This document shows, piece by piece, positions 42,563 through 51,268 of a stretch of 64,000 bases of DNA (positions within the stretch are counted from its first letter, which is position 1; the number at the start of each line of letters is the position of its first letter). Under the pieces are notes generated by a model. It saw only the letters and a list, made by a program, of their open reading frames with translations, ran no database searches and was not told where the DNA came from. A program made the position numbers and the translations under genes. Source of the DNA: an uncultured Gemmatimonadales bacterium (lineage in GTDB: Bacteria > Gemmatimonadota > Gemmatimonadetes > Gemmatimonadales > Gemmatimonadaceae); assembly GCA_963707505.1 (NCBI GenBank), contig CAVPQB010000003.1:576001-640000 (forward strand). Direction: 5' to 3'.

Positions 42563-44065
42563 TCACGCAGCCGGTAACACCGTCGCAGTGGTACCGGTCA
42601 TCAACCGCAGGAGACTTTCCTGCGTCGCGTCCGAGCGAGAGACTTCACCAACGACGCGGCCGTTTCGTAGCACGACGATGCGCGTCGAGAGGTTGAGCAG
42701 CTCGGGCAGCTCGCTCGAGATGAGCAACACGGCGCATCCATGCGATGCCAGCTCGTCGATCCATGCGTGCAGCTCCGCCTTGGCTCCCACATCCACGCCG
42801 CGGGTTGGCTCGTCGAGTATGAGTATGTCACAGTCAGCGGCGAGCCATTTTGCCATCACGATTTTCTGCTGATTTCCGCCAGACAACTCAGCGGTAACGG
42901 CTTCTGGGGTCGCACGCACGCGAAGTCGTTCGAACAGGCGGTGGATGACACCGGTCTCTCGCGTCCTGTCGATCCACCCCAGGCGCGCGAAGAGTGGCAA
43001 TGTCGGCAACGTGCTGTTCTCGCCGGTGCGCATCGAGAGAACGAGGCCCTGCTTCTTGCGATCCTCGGGAACGAATCCGATACGCAACCGCACCGCGTCG
43101 CGCGCCGACCGGATTTCAGCGCGTACACCGCGTACCCAGACCGTACCGCGCGTCGCCGGCTCGAGCCCGAAAATGGATTGCGCGATCTCGGAGCGTCCCG
43201 CGCCGATCAGTCCAGCCAGCCCGAGCACTTCGCCCGCGTGTAGCGTGAACGAGACGTCGCTGAACGCTGCGCCGCGCGCGAGTCCTTCGACACGCAGACG
43301 TTCCTCACCGCGCTCCTCGCCCGCTGCAGTCGGGAAATACTGCTCCAGCCGGCGCCCGATCATGAGTTGGATGAGTGCACCCTCATCCAGCTCGCTTGCT
43401 GGCCGCGTGACGACGTGCTGGCCGTCCCGCAGCACGGTGATCTCATCGCACAGCCGGTGAATCTCCATCATTCGATGCGAGACGTAAATGATCGTAACGC
43501 CGCGCGCCTGCAGTTCACCAATCAGTGTAAACAGTCGCTCGGCGTCGTCTCCGCCAAGGCTGCTCGTGGGCTCGTCGAACACGATAACCCTGGCGCCGGC
43601 GCCAACGGCACCTGCGATCTGCACGAGCTGCTGCTCCGCAACCGTGAGCGTGTCCATCGGTCGTGCGGGATCGATCGACGCACCGATCGTCGCAAGCAGC
43701 TCCTTCGCACGAATGTGCGTGACGTCACGCCGAACGAAGCCGAACCGACGCGGAAGCTTGCCGAGACAGAGATTCTCACCCACGGTGAGATTCTCGCAGA
43801 ATGCGAGTTCCTGATGCACCATCGCCACGCCCGACGCAAGCGCATCACGCGGGCTGTCGAATCGAGCGGGACGACCTTCCAGCAGAATCTCGCCGTCGTC
43901 CGGCCTCTGAAGTCCCGCGAGAATCTTTCCCAGCGTACTCTTGCCTGCGCCATTCTCGCCGCATACCGCGTGGCAGGAGCCGGCGCGAACGTCAAAGCTT
44001 ACGTTCGAAAGTGCAACGGCGCCGGGAAATCGCTTGGTGATGTGTGAAAAGGAAATCGCCGCCAT
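42563..44065 (-). CDS. sugar ABC transporter ATP-binding protein (RbsA/AraG type)
   Basis: GENGAGKST, two ABC domains, LSGGNQQK and DEPTRGVDVG. Confidence 0.93.
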   Translation of the reverse strand: MAAISFSHITKRFPGAVALSNVSFDVRAGSCHAVCGENGAGKSTLGKILAGLQRPDDGEILLEGRPARFDSPRDALASGVAMVHQELAFCENLTVGENLCLGKLPRRFGFVRRDVTHIRAKELLATIGASIDPARPMDTLTVAEQQLVQIAGAVGAGARVIVFDEPTSSLGGDDAERLFTLIGELQARGVTIIYVSHRMMEIHRLCDEITVLRDGQHVVTRPASELDEGALIQLMIGRRLEQYFPTAAGEERGEERLRVEGLARGAAFSDVSFTLHAGEVLGLAGLIGAGRSEIAQSIFGLEPATRGTVWVRGVRAEIRSARDAVRLRIGFVPEDRKKQGLVLSMRTGENSTLPTLPLFARLGWIDRTRETGVIHRLFERLRVRATPEAVTAELSGGNQQKIVMAKWLAADCDILILDEPTRGVDVGAKAELHAWIDELASHGCAVLLISSELPELLNLSTRIVVLRNGRVVGEVSRSDATQESLLRLMTGTTATVLPAA

Positions 44066-44118
44066 GTGCACCCCTGGATCAACCCCCGCGCCACCGCGAA
44101 AGCTGCACCGTGTTAGTC

Positions 44119-44175
44119 CGTCATTCCCGCGAAAGCGGGATCGTGCGTCAGTCCGTCAATCCCGCAGGAATGACG
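44119..44175. repeat. composite CGTC-type REP
   Basis: CGTCATTCCCGCGAAAGCGGGATC...ATCCCGCAGGAATGACG. Confidence 0.75.
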
Positions 44176-44188
44176 ATTACTCCTGTAG

Positions 44189-45220
44189 TTACTGCATCGC
44201 CAGATATTTCGGATCGACGTCGGTGAATCCCCACGCTTTCAACTGACGGGCCCACGTACCAAGATTGTCCTTCGATACGCGCACGAGATCCATCTGCACG
44301 TGAGGTGGTACATCCTTGTGCAGATATACATGATCGAAGATCGTCTTCACCGATACGTAGCCCCAGAGGTACGTCGGTTGTGCGAGGAGCACCGGCGCAA
44401 GTCCTTTATCCACGTAAGGCAGCTCAGCAGGCAACGCATCCACGGAAACAATCTTGAGTCGCGCAGGATCGAGATCGGTCAGAAGCGCCTTTGTAAACAG
44501 CGCCCATCCGCCGATCATCGCCCACCCCTGAATGCCCGGATATGCGTTCTGCGCGCGCACCACTTCCGCGGCGGCGTCCTGCGGCGTTTCCTCGTGGTAG
44601 AAGGTGTTGACGATAGTGATGCCGGGATAATTCTTCGCCTCGTTCTTCACTCCCTCGATGCGCTTCTGCAGATTCGGCGCGTTCTGGCTTCCGCCCAGAA
44701 TCGCGATCCGGCCCTTGCCGTTCATCTGCTTGGCAAGCTCCTGCATCACCTGCTTGCCTATCAGCTCGTCGTCGCCACCGTAGAACGAGAATCGCTTGGA
44801 GCCGGCGACGTCGCTATCGAACGTCATTACTGGAACGCCGCGGTCGACGGCTTCGTTCACTGCCCCGATGAGCTTGCCCGCATCGCTGGCCGAGAGGAGA
44901 ATCGCGTTCGCGCCACTGTTCACCGCCGACGCGATTCGTTGCGCCTGAATCGTCGCGTCCTCACTCGGCGGCGTGAGCCAGTCCACGCGCACATTCACAC
45001 CATACTGTTTCGACAGCTCCTTCGCGGCAGAGTCCGCACCGGTGCGTCCCGAGAGGAACACGGGATTGGTCGAGCTCTTTGCGATCATCGCGATCGTGAA
45101 CGTCTTTGCGCCACCGGAGGACGACGCACCACCCTTCGCAGCACTTTCTCCCGAGCCACCGCAGGCGAGTATGGCGGCAACGAGAAGGAATGGAACGGGG
45201 GTGATATGCGATCGCTTCAT
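44189..45220 (-). CDS. sugar ABC substrate-binding lipoprotein (RbsB-like)
   Basis: Lipobox ILAC, KSSTNPVF, GVPVMTFDSD, APNLQKRIEG. Confidence 0.9.
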   Translation of the reverse strand: MKRSHITPVPFLLVAAILACGGSGESAAKGGASSSGGAKTFTIAMIAKSSTNPVFLSGRTGADSAAKELSKQYGVNVRVDWLTPPSEDATIQAQRIASAVNSGANAILLSASDAGKLIGAVNEAVDRGVPVMTFDSDVAGSKRFSFYGGDDELIGKQVMQELAKQMNGKGRIAILGGSQNAPNLQKRIEGVKNEAKNYPGITIVNTFYHEETPQDAAAEVVRAQNAYPGIQGWAMIGGWALFTKALLTDLDPARLKIVSVDALPAELPYVDKGLAPVLLAQPTYLWGYVSVKTIFDHVYLHKDVPPHVQMDLVRVSKDNLGTWARQLKAWGFTDVDPKYLAMQ

Positions 45221-45231
45221 CACAACGCCTC

Positions 45232-46332
45232 TCATGTTACAGTAGATGTGTCTTTAGATGTGTCTTTCGTGGCGGGAACTGCGGCCATTCGGCGCGCAAG
45301 TAGACGGGTGCCGCCCTGATCCAGTACGACGGCGAGGATCAGTGCGCTGCCAATGATGATCCACTCGTAGTTCTGGTCCAGATGTAACGTACGAATTGCC
45401 TGCCGGATCATCACGATGAGAATTGCGCCCAGCATCGCGCTGATCGCGCTGCCTTTCCCGCCGATGAGACTCGCACCGCCGACGACCGCGGCCGCAATCA
45501 CGTACAGCTCGTAGCCGTTCGCGTCCGACGATGTTGCAGATCCATAGAACGACGCGCCCAGGAACGCCGCAATACCGGCACTCAGACCCGAGATGGCATA
45601 CACACCAAGCTTGATGCGGTCCACCCGGAGTCCCGAGTAGCGGCTCGCTTCCGGATTGCCACCGATCGCGAATACGTAGCGGCCGCTCACAGTCCGGCTC
45701 AGATACACCTGGCCGATCGCCGCTACGACGAGCATCACGAGCACCGGAACCGGATACAGGTCAGCACTCAGACCCAGGCGGGCTTTCGCTACGCTCGTAA
45801 GCGCGCCAGGGACCAGAATGCTCTCCGCGTGGCTCACCACGAACGCAACGCCGCGCAGCACCCACATGGTGCCGAGCGTGACGATGAACGGATGCACGCC
45901 GAGGCCGATCACCATGAATCCGTTCGCGAGTCCGCATAGTAGTGCGATGGAGAGACAGGTCGCCAGGGCGACGAACACCGTGGCGACCGGCCCCATCGGA
46001 CCGACCGCGCGGAGTACCATCGCCATCCCGACGCCCGCCAGGGCATAGATCGCGCCCACGGAGAGGTCGATTCCCCCGGCGATGATGACGATCGTAGCCC
46101 CTACTCCCATGATCGCGAATGAGCTCGCGTCCGTTCCCATCTGCACGAGCGTGTAGACGTTGAGGAAATTATTTGTGTGGGCGCCGCTCACCGCGTCGAT
46201 GTGGGAGCCGGCAGCGAGTGTCAGCGCGATACCGAGCGCGATTAGAACGGCGACGATCCCGATCTGCTGCGATTTCAACACGACGCCGGCAGCTCGGCGT
46301 AAGGGCGGTGTCCAGAGAGTGGCGGAAGTCAC
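45232..46332 (-). CDS. sugar ABC permease (RbsC-like)
   Basis: GGIDLSVG, HPFIVTLG, AIGGNPEASRYSG and GYELYVIAAAVVGG. Start GTG 46332 preferred (ORF extends to 46425). Confidence 0.9.
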   Translation of the reverse strand: MTSATLWTPPLRRAAGVVLKSQQIGIVAVLIALGIALTLAAGSHIDAVSGAHTNNFLNVYTLVQMGTDASSFAIMGVGATIVIIAGGIDLSVGAIYALAGVGMAMVLRAVGPMGPVATVFVALATCLSIALLCGLANGFMVIGLGVHPFIVTLGTMWVLRGVAFVVSHAESILVPGALTSVAKARLGLSADLYPVPVLVMLVVAAIGQVYLSRTVSGRYVFAIGGNPEASRYSGLRVDRIKLGVYAISGLSAGIAAFLGASFYGSATSSDANGYELYVIAAAVVGGASLIGGKGSAISAMLGAILIVMIRQAIRTLHLDQNYEWIIIGSALILAVVLDQGGTRLLARRMAAVPATKDTSKDTSTVT

Positions 46333-46372
46333 GTTGTGCGGCGGACTGGAGAAGAAGATGTCAGCGTGCGCA

Positions 46373-46401
46373 ACGATGGGCCACGGCGCGAGACTTGTCA
46401 A
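46373..46401 (-). promoter_or_regulatory. possible sigma70 promoter for the sugar ABC operon
   Basis: TTGACA-N17-CATCGT on the minus strand; the -10 box is weak. Confidence 0.35.
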
Positions 46402-46453
46402 CGACACCGAACCCGGGAGCTCCAACCTGCCAGGTCACGCCGGTCTTCGTGAC

Positions 46454-48016
46454 CTACGCGGGATCGGTGCTGCGTCTCGCCTTGCTCACCTCGGCGTCGA
46501 ACATGCTCCACACACGCTCGATGTCTCCCGGGGAGAGATGGACCGGCGTTCCGGCCAGGATACCCGTGACGTTTCGGAATGGGTGGCCGAGGTGCATCCC
46601 GCTCTGGTCGATCGTGAACTCGCGGATCCCCTTGTCGTGAGTGGAGCCACGCATCTTGAGAACTGTCATACCGCGTTTCATCTCACCGAACATCTCGACG
46701 TAGCGAAGCAGGATGATGGAGTCCGTCAGCGTGGAAATATGTGTCTCCGTGATCGAAGTGCCTCCCATCAGGCTCGCTGTGGTCGAGGTGAAGAGACCGG
46801 TGATCTGCTGCTGCTTGATGAATGACGTGATTCCGATCACGAATTCCCGGAATGCCTTGAGAGTGCCTACGCGCTCGAGCGCGGAGAGGCTGTCGAGTGC
46901 CACGCGTTGCGGCTTGAATTCCCGTATGATCCCCTGGATCGCGACCAGCCAATCTTCCAGCCCGTTTACTTCCGGATAATCGCACACCACACGGAGCAAT
47001 CCGTCGCGCTCCATCGCCTCGAAGTCAGCGCCCCAGCCTCTGGCATTGCGGAACAGTTGCTCGCGGCTCTCCTCGAACGCCAGCAGCAGGCACCGCTCTC
47101 CACTCGCAGTACCGCCGGCAAGAAACTGGGTCACGGTGAGCGTCTTGCCGGTTCCCGTGGCGCCTGACACCAGTACGACCGAGTCTCGAAAAAAGCCACC
47201 ACCGCACATCTCGTCGAGCTCCTTGTTCCCGGATGACGTGCGCACGTCTGACGATTTCTGTCGTAGCTGAATCGCAGAGAGCGGAATGACGACCAACCCG
47301 CCGTCAGGTACGATAGTGAATGGAAACTCGCCTTTCTGATGATCGGTTCCGCGAAATTTGAGAATCTCGATCGTGCGGCGGCGGCTCTCGTCCTCCAGCA
47401 CGTTACGTAGCACCATTACGTTGTCGGCGATGAATTCCTCGACGCCGAACCGCGCTATCGGACCGTAATCATCGGTACGTTCCGCGGTCATCACCGCTGT
47501 TACACCCATTCCCTTGAGGGCCGACGCAATCCGAAAAAGCTCGCGGCGGACCATCGACTGATCGGAAAATTGCGAGAAGATCGCGCCCAGCGAGTCGACC
47601 GAAACGCGTTTCGCATTCACTTTACGCACCGCGTTCTGCACGCGCGCAAGCAGTGCCCCGAGATCGAAGCTGCCACTCTCGATCACCTCGACATCCGGAT
47701 CGGGAGATGCGTCCACGAACGCGAGACGTCCCTCGCTTTCCCACCGTGCAAGGTCCCATCCGAAACTCGCCATGTTGGTGCGAATGTCGCTGGCAGATTC
47801 CTCGAATGTTACGAAGACGCCGCCTTCTTCGGCGTCACGAATCCCCGAAGCAAGAAACTGCATTGCAAATACCGTCTTCCCGCTGCCGGCGGTACCGGAA
47901 AGCAGAGTGGTACGATTCGCCGGAAGGCCGCCTTTGGCGATCACGTCGAAGCTCGCAATGCCGGTCGGCAGTTTCTGCACGTGCGGCTCGGGTTGGTCGC
48001 TGTGTCGTTCGGTCAC
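46454..48016 (-). CDS. kaiC: circadian clock kinase/ATPase KaiC (double domain)
   Basis: Two Walker A motifs ([16 protein letters not shown]), FEES x2, [23 protein letters not shown], phosphosite motif HISTLTD; 520 aa. Confidence 0.95.
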   Translation of the reverse strand: MTERHSDQPEPHVQKLPTGIASFDVIAKGGLPANRTTLLSGTAGSGKTVFAMQFLASGIRDAEEGGVFVTFEESASDIRTNMASFGWDLARWESEGRLAFVDASPDPDVEVIESGSFDLGALLARVQNAVRKVNAKRVSVDSLGAIFSQFSDQSMVRRELFRIASALKGMGVTAVMTAERTDDYGPIARFGVEEFIADNVMVLRNVLEDESRRRTIEILKFRGTDHQKGEFPFTIVPDGGLVVIPLSAIQLRQKSSDVRTSSGNKELDEMCGGGFFRDSVVLVSGATGTGKTLTVTQFLAGGTASGERCLLLAFEESREQLFRNARGWGADFEAMERDGLLRVVCDYPEVNGLEDWLVAIQGIIREFKPQRVALDSLSALERVGTLKAFREFVIGITSFIKQQQITGLFTSTTASLMGGTSITETHISTLTDSIILLRYVEMFGEMKRGMTVLKMRGSTHDKGIREFTIDQSGMHLGHPFRNVTGILAGTPVHLSPGDIERVWSMFDAEVSKARRSTDPA

Positions 48017-48381
48017 GATTGTCCCGGCGTTGCGGTCCGCTCAGTGATGGCGGGGGTGATGTCAGGCAGGACTTCGAGACCCAGCAACACCTTGTGCTTG
48101 TCTGAAAGATCCCCTATCACGCGCCTCAGCGGCGGCGGAAGCCGCTTGATCAAAGTTGGGGTGGCGAGGATCTTGTCATCTTCGGCCATCTGTGGGTGCT
48201 CGAGCACGTCGATGATCTGCATTTCGTACTGGCCTTGCAGCTCTTCCGCACAGATTCGACGCAGATTTGTGATTGCCCGTTCGGTATTGGGCGTCTTGCC
48301 GGTCACATACAGCTTGAGGACATAGCGCGACGCAGATCCATTACTGGATCCCTCGCTGGGCTCACCGCCAGGCCCGGTCAC
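48013..48381 (-). CDS. kaiB: circadian clock protein KaiB
   Basis: [51 protein letters not shown] overlap with kaiC. Confidence 0.95.
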   Translation of the reverse strand: MTGPGGEPSEGSSNGSASRYVLKLYVTGKTPNTERAITNLRRICAEELQGQYEMQIIDVLEHPQMAEDDKILATPTLIKRLPPPLRRVIGDLSDKHKVLLGLEVLPDITPAITERTATPGQS

Positions 48382-48637
48382 TGCCGAGCCTTCCAGAAAC
48401 GCGACATCGAATCACCTCGGTTGAAGCTGCCGCTTTGGGCATACAGGATCGAATAATACGCCCGCGTCCTGACCGCGTGAAAGTGCCGTCGGAAAGAGCG
48501 TTCTATTGGTACAGGCCTGACGACCAGGTGCAGAATCGACCGTGAGCGCGGGCATGAACCTTGACTGATACCCTGACGTACTGCGCTAATTCAGGAGCAC
48601 GGAGCTTTCGCAATGAACTCGGCAACTATCGCCAGGC

Positions 48638-48688
48638 GTCGCTCACAAGGTCACTCACAGGACCCACAGGGTCACTCACAAGGTCGCT
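48638..48688. repeat. imperfect 9-12-bp tandem repeat (GTCACTCACAAG-like)
   Basis: Located in the divergent kaiB/kinase intergenic region, in frame inside a 25-codon ORF at 48613-48690. Confidence 0.7.
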
Positions 48689-48723
48689 AGCCGCGCTGGA
48701 ATCAGCCGGCTGCCCATATTCGC

Positions 48724-50439
48724 ATGATTGAGCGTAGGCAAGGACTGGACCGTAGACGCGCGCACAGTGCAGCGGTTGCTGCTGGTAGCGTCACTGAAAA
48801 CGACACTCAGGAGCGCCAGCTACGCTCCATCATCGAGCAGTTGCCCGACGGGATAGTCATCGTCGGATCCTCTGGATTGATTCGCTTCGCAAATCCTGCT
48901 GCGGAGCAACTCTTCGGTCGAACCGCAGAGAGGCTCGTTGGAACTGACTTCGGCTTCGCTATTGCGAACGGCTTACCGGCCGAAATCGATGTCCTGCGCC
49001 CTGGCGGGGAGACGGTAACCGCCGAGCTGCGGGTGGTGGAGATCGTCTGGCAAGGCGAGCCGTCGAAGGTGATCTCGATTCGTGACGTGACGGATCGCCG
49101 ACGAGCCGAGGAGCACGCTCGTCGAGCAGAGCGTGAACGTGCCGCCCGTGCCGAGGCGGAAGCTGCCAACAGGGCGAAAAGTGAGTTCCTGGCAATGATG
49201 AGCCACGAGCTTCGCACACCGCTCAACGCTGTGCTTGGCTACGCACAGTTGCTCGAGATGGGAGTCGGAGGTGCACTGCGCCCTGAACAGCAGCAGCAGG
49301 TGGAGAGGATTCTGACGAGTGGCCGACATCTGCTCGGGCTTGTGGATGAGGTACTCGACCTCGCGAAGGTCGATGCGGGACGACTTAGCGTGCAGATGGC
49401 GCCGGCTTCCGCAGAAGAAACAGTCGGCGCAGCGGAGACGCTCCTTCGCCCATCTGCTGAAACGGTCGGTGTCGCTCTGACTGTAAGACGCGTCGATGAA
49501 GTCGATGATTCATCGGCCATGTACTACGAGGGTGACGAAGATCGCGTACGACAGATCCTGGTGAACCTTCTCTCGAACGCCGTCAAGTTCACGGAGGGAG
49601 GCGGATCTGTAAAATTGGAGTACGGCCGGGCCGCGTGTCCCGACTCCGAGTCTCAGGTTGCCATGACTGGAAGCTGCATTTTTTTTCGAGTGACCGACAC
49701 CGGCGTGGGCATCCCCGCAGATCAGATATCACGCATCTTCGAGCCATTCGTCCAGGTGAACGCCGGCACCACACGACGGAACGACGGATCGGGGCTTGGC
49801 CTTGCCATCAGCCAACGGTTAGCGCGCCTCATGCGAGGAGATATCACAGTTCGAAGCGCTGTCGGCGATGGATCGACGTTTACACTCTGGCTGCCGTCAA
49901 GTGGCGAAACTACCGGGAGTACGACGATTACCGAAAGCCGGGATCTGCAGCCTGCGGGCCTGCAGGCACACGGGCTTGGCGAAGTCGGCGAGATCATTAC
50001 ACGCAAACTGGATCGTTTGGTCGGACGCTTCGTTACGCGTGTTCGCTCCGAGTGCGGAATTCCGGGGGCCGACACGCTCAGATTCTCGCAGGTGGCGGAT
50101 CACGTTGCGAGCTATCTCGCCGATCTGGCGGGAGTACTGATCGCGCTGGAAGAAGCCGAAAAGCAGCCGTCGAATCTTCTCGTGGATGCCGCGGACATAC
50201 ACAGACTCGTCGCAGCGCGGCATGGCATCCAGCGGGCACGGTTGGGATGGTCAGAAACAGCCCTGCGCACCGAGTACCGGATACTGGGTGAGGAGATTGA
50301 CGCGATGGTGCGTGGGGCGGCCGTTCCCCCCTCCGCCCAGGTTGAGGCGTCGGCGATGATCCGCCGCCTTCTGGCTCAGGCAGAACAGTACAGTGCTCGC
50401 GCATTCGCGCGAGCGAAGTCAGCAGAGAAGCCTACCTGA
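48724..50439 (+). CDS. cytoplasmic PAS histidine kinase with extra C-terminal helical domain
   Basis: PAS (LPDGIVIV...FANPAAE), MSHELRTPLNAV, NLLSNAVKFT, DTGVGIP, GSGLGLAIS, then about 170 aa containing HGIQRARLGWSETALRTEYRIL. Confidence 0.9.
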   Translation: MIERRQGLDRRRAHSAAVAAGSVTENDTQERQLRSIIEQLPDGIVIVGSSGLIRFANPAAEQLFGRTAERLVGTDFGFAIANGLPAEIDVLRPGGETVTAELRVVEIVWQGEPSKVISIRDVTDRRRAEEHARRAERERAARAEAEAANRAKSEFLAMMSHELRTPLNAVLGYAQLLEMGVGGALRPEQQQQVERILTSGRHLLGLVDEVLDLAKVDAGRLSVQMAPASAEETVGAAETLLRPSAETVGVALTVRRVDEVDDSSAMYYEGDEDRVRQILVNLLSNAVKFTEGGGSVKLEYGRAACPDSESQVAMTGSCIFFRVTDTGVGIPADQISRIFEPFVQVNAGTTRRNDGSGLGLAISQRLARLMRGDITVRSAVGDGSTFTLWLPSSGETTGSTTITESRDLQPAGLQAHGLGEVGEIITRKLDRLVGRFVTRVRSECGIPGADTLRFSQVADHVASYLADLAGVLIALEEAEKQPSNLLVDAADIHRLVAARHGIQRARLGWSETALRTEYRILGEEIDAMVRGAAVPPSAQVEASAMIRRLLAQAEQYSARAFARAKSAEKPT

Positions 50440-50494
50440 TCCGTATTCGGTATGACCCACCCCCAGTGAGACTGGCGACGTAACTTTCGGCTCG

Positions 50495-51268
50495 ATGCCT
50501 GAGATTCAATCGTTACCGCGCGCACTCGCGGCGCGTGGTGTGGTGCACCGCTACGGCAAGGTGCTCGCCCTCGACGGTGCGAGTATTACCGTCGATGCAG
50601 CTCGCGCGCTCGCGCTCGTCGGCGAGAGCGGCTCGGGCAAGACGACGCTCCTGCGATGCTTCAATCGCATGGCCGACCCCGACGCAGGAATGATCGAAGT
50701 GGGCGGTATCGATGTGCGATCTCAACCGGTGATCATGCTGCGCCGCCATCTTGGATACGTCCCACAGGACGGTGGATTGCTACCGCACTGGCGCGTGCTG
50801 CGTAATGTGGCGCTCGTGCCGAGGCTGCTGCGTATGTATGAGCCCGAATCGGCCGCTGCCGACGCGCTCCGCCTCGTCGGATTATCGCCGGACACATTTG
50901 GCGGCCGCTACCCGCACGAGCTCTCGGGCGGGCAACGCCAGCGCGTGGCTCTCGCTCGCGCACTCGCCGCGCAGCCCGGTGTGATCCTGCTCGACGAGCC
51001 CTTCGGCGCGCTCGACGCCATCACGCGCGCGGAATTGTACGAAACGTTTCAGGATGTGCGCCGCCAGCTGCCGATGACCATGCTGCTGGTCACGCATGAT
51101 CTCGCCGAGGCGGCGCGTCTCGCAGACGAGATCGCCGTGATGCGGTCAGGGCGAGTGGAACAACAGGGAACCATGTCGGATCTCCACACTGCGCCCGCAA
51201 CGAGCTACGTCGCAGCACTCATCGCGCGCGCGCGAGCGACGTCCGCGCATCTCATGCCGACGTCATGA
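50495..51268 (+). CDS. osmoprotectant ABC transporter ATP-binding protein
   Basis: GESGSGKTT, GYVPQDGGLLPH, RYPHELSGGQRQR and DEPFGALD. Confidence 0.9.
   Translation: MPEIQSLPRALAARGVVHRYGKVLALDGASITVDAARALALVGESGSGKTTLLRCFNRMADPDAGMIEVGGIDVRSQPVIMLRRHLGYVPQDGGLLPHWRVLRNVALVPRLLRMYEPESAAADALRLVGLSPDTFGGRYPHELSGGQRQRVALARALAAQPGVILLDEPFGALDAITRAELYETFQDVRRQLPMTMLLVTHDLAEAARLADEIAVMRSGRVEQQGTMSDLHTAPATSYVAALIARARATSAHLMPTS

Noticed and set aside
45232..48381. kaiBC and the sugar ABC transporter as one operon
   Set aside because: Same strand and close, but a separate TTGACA-N17 promoter candidate precedes the permease, and the ABC genes fit the arabinose locus.
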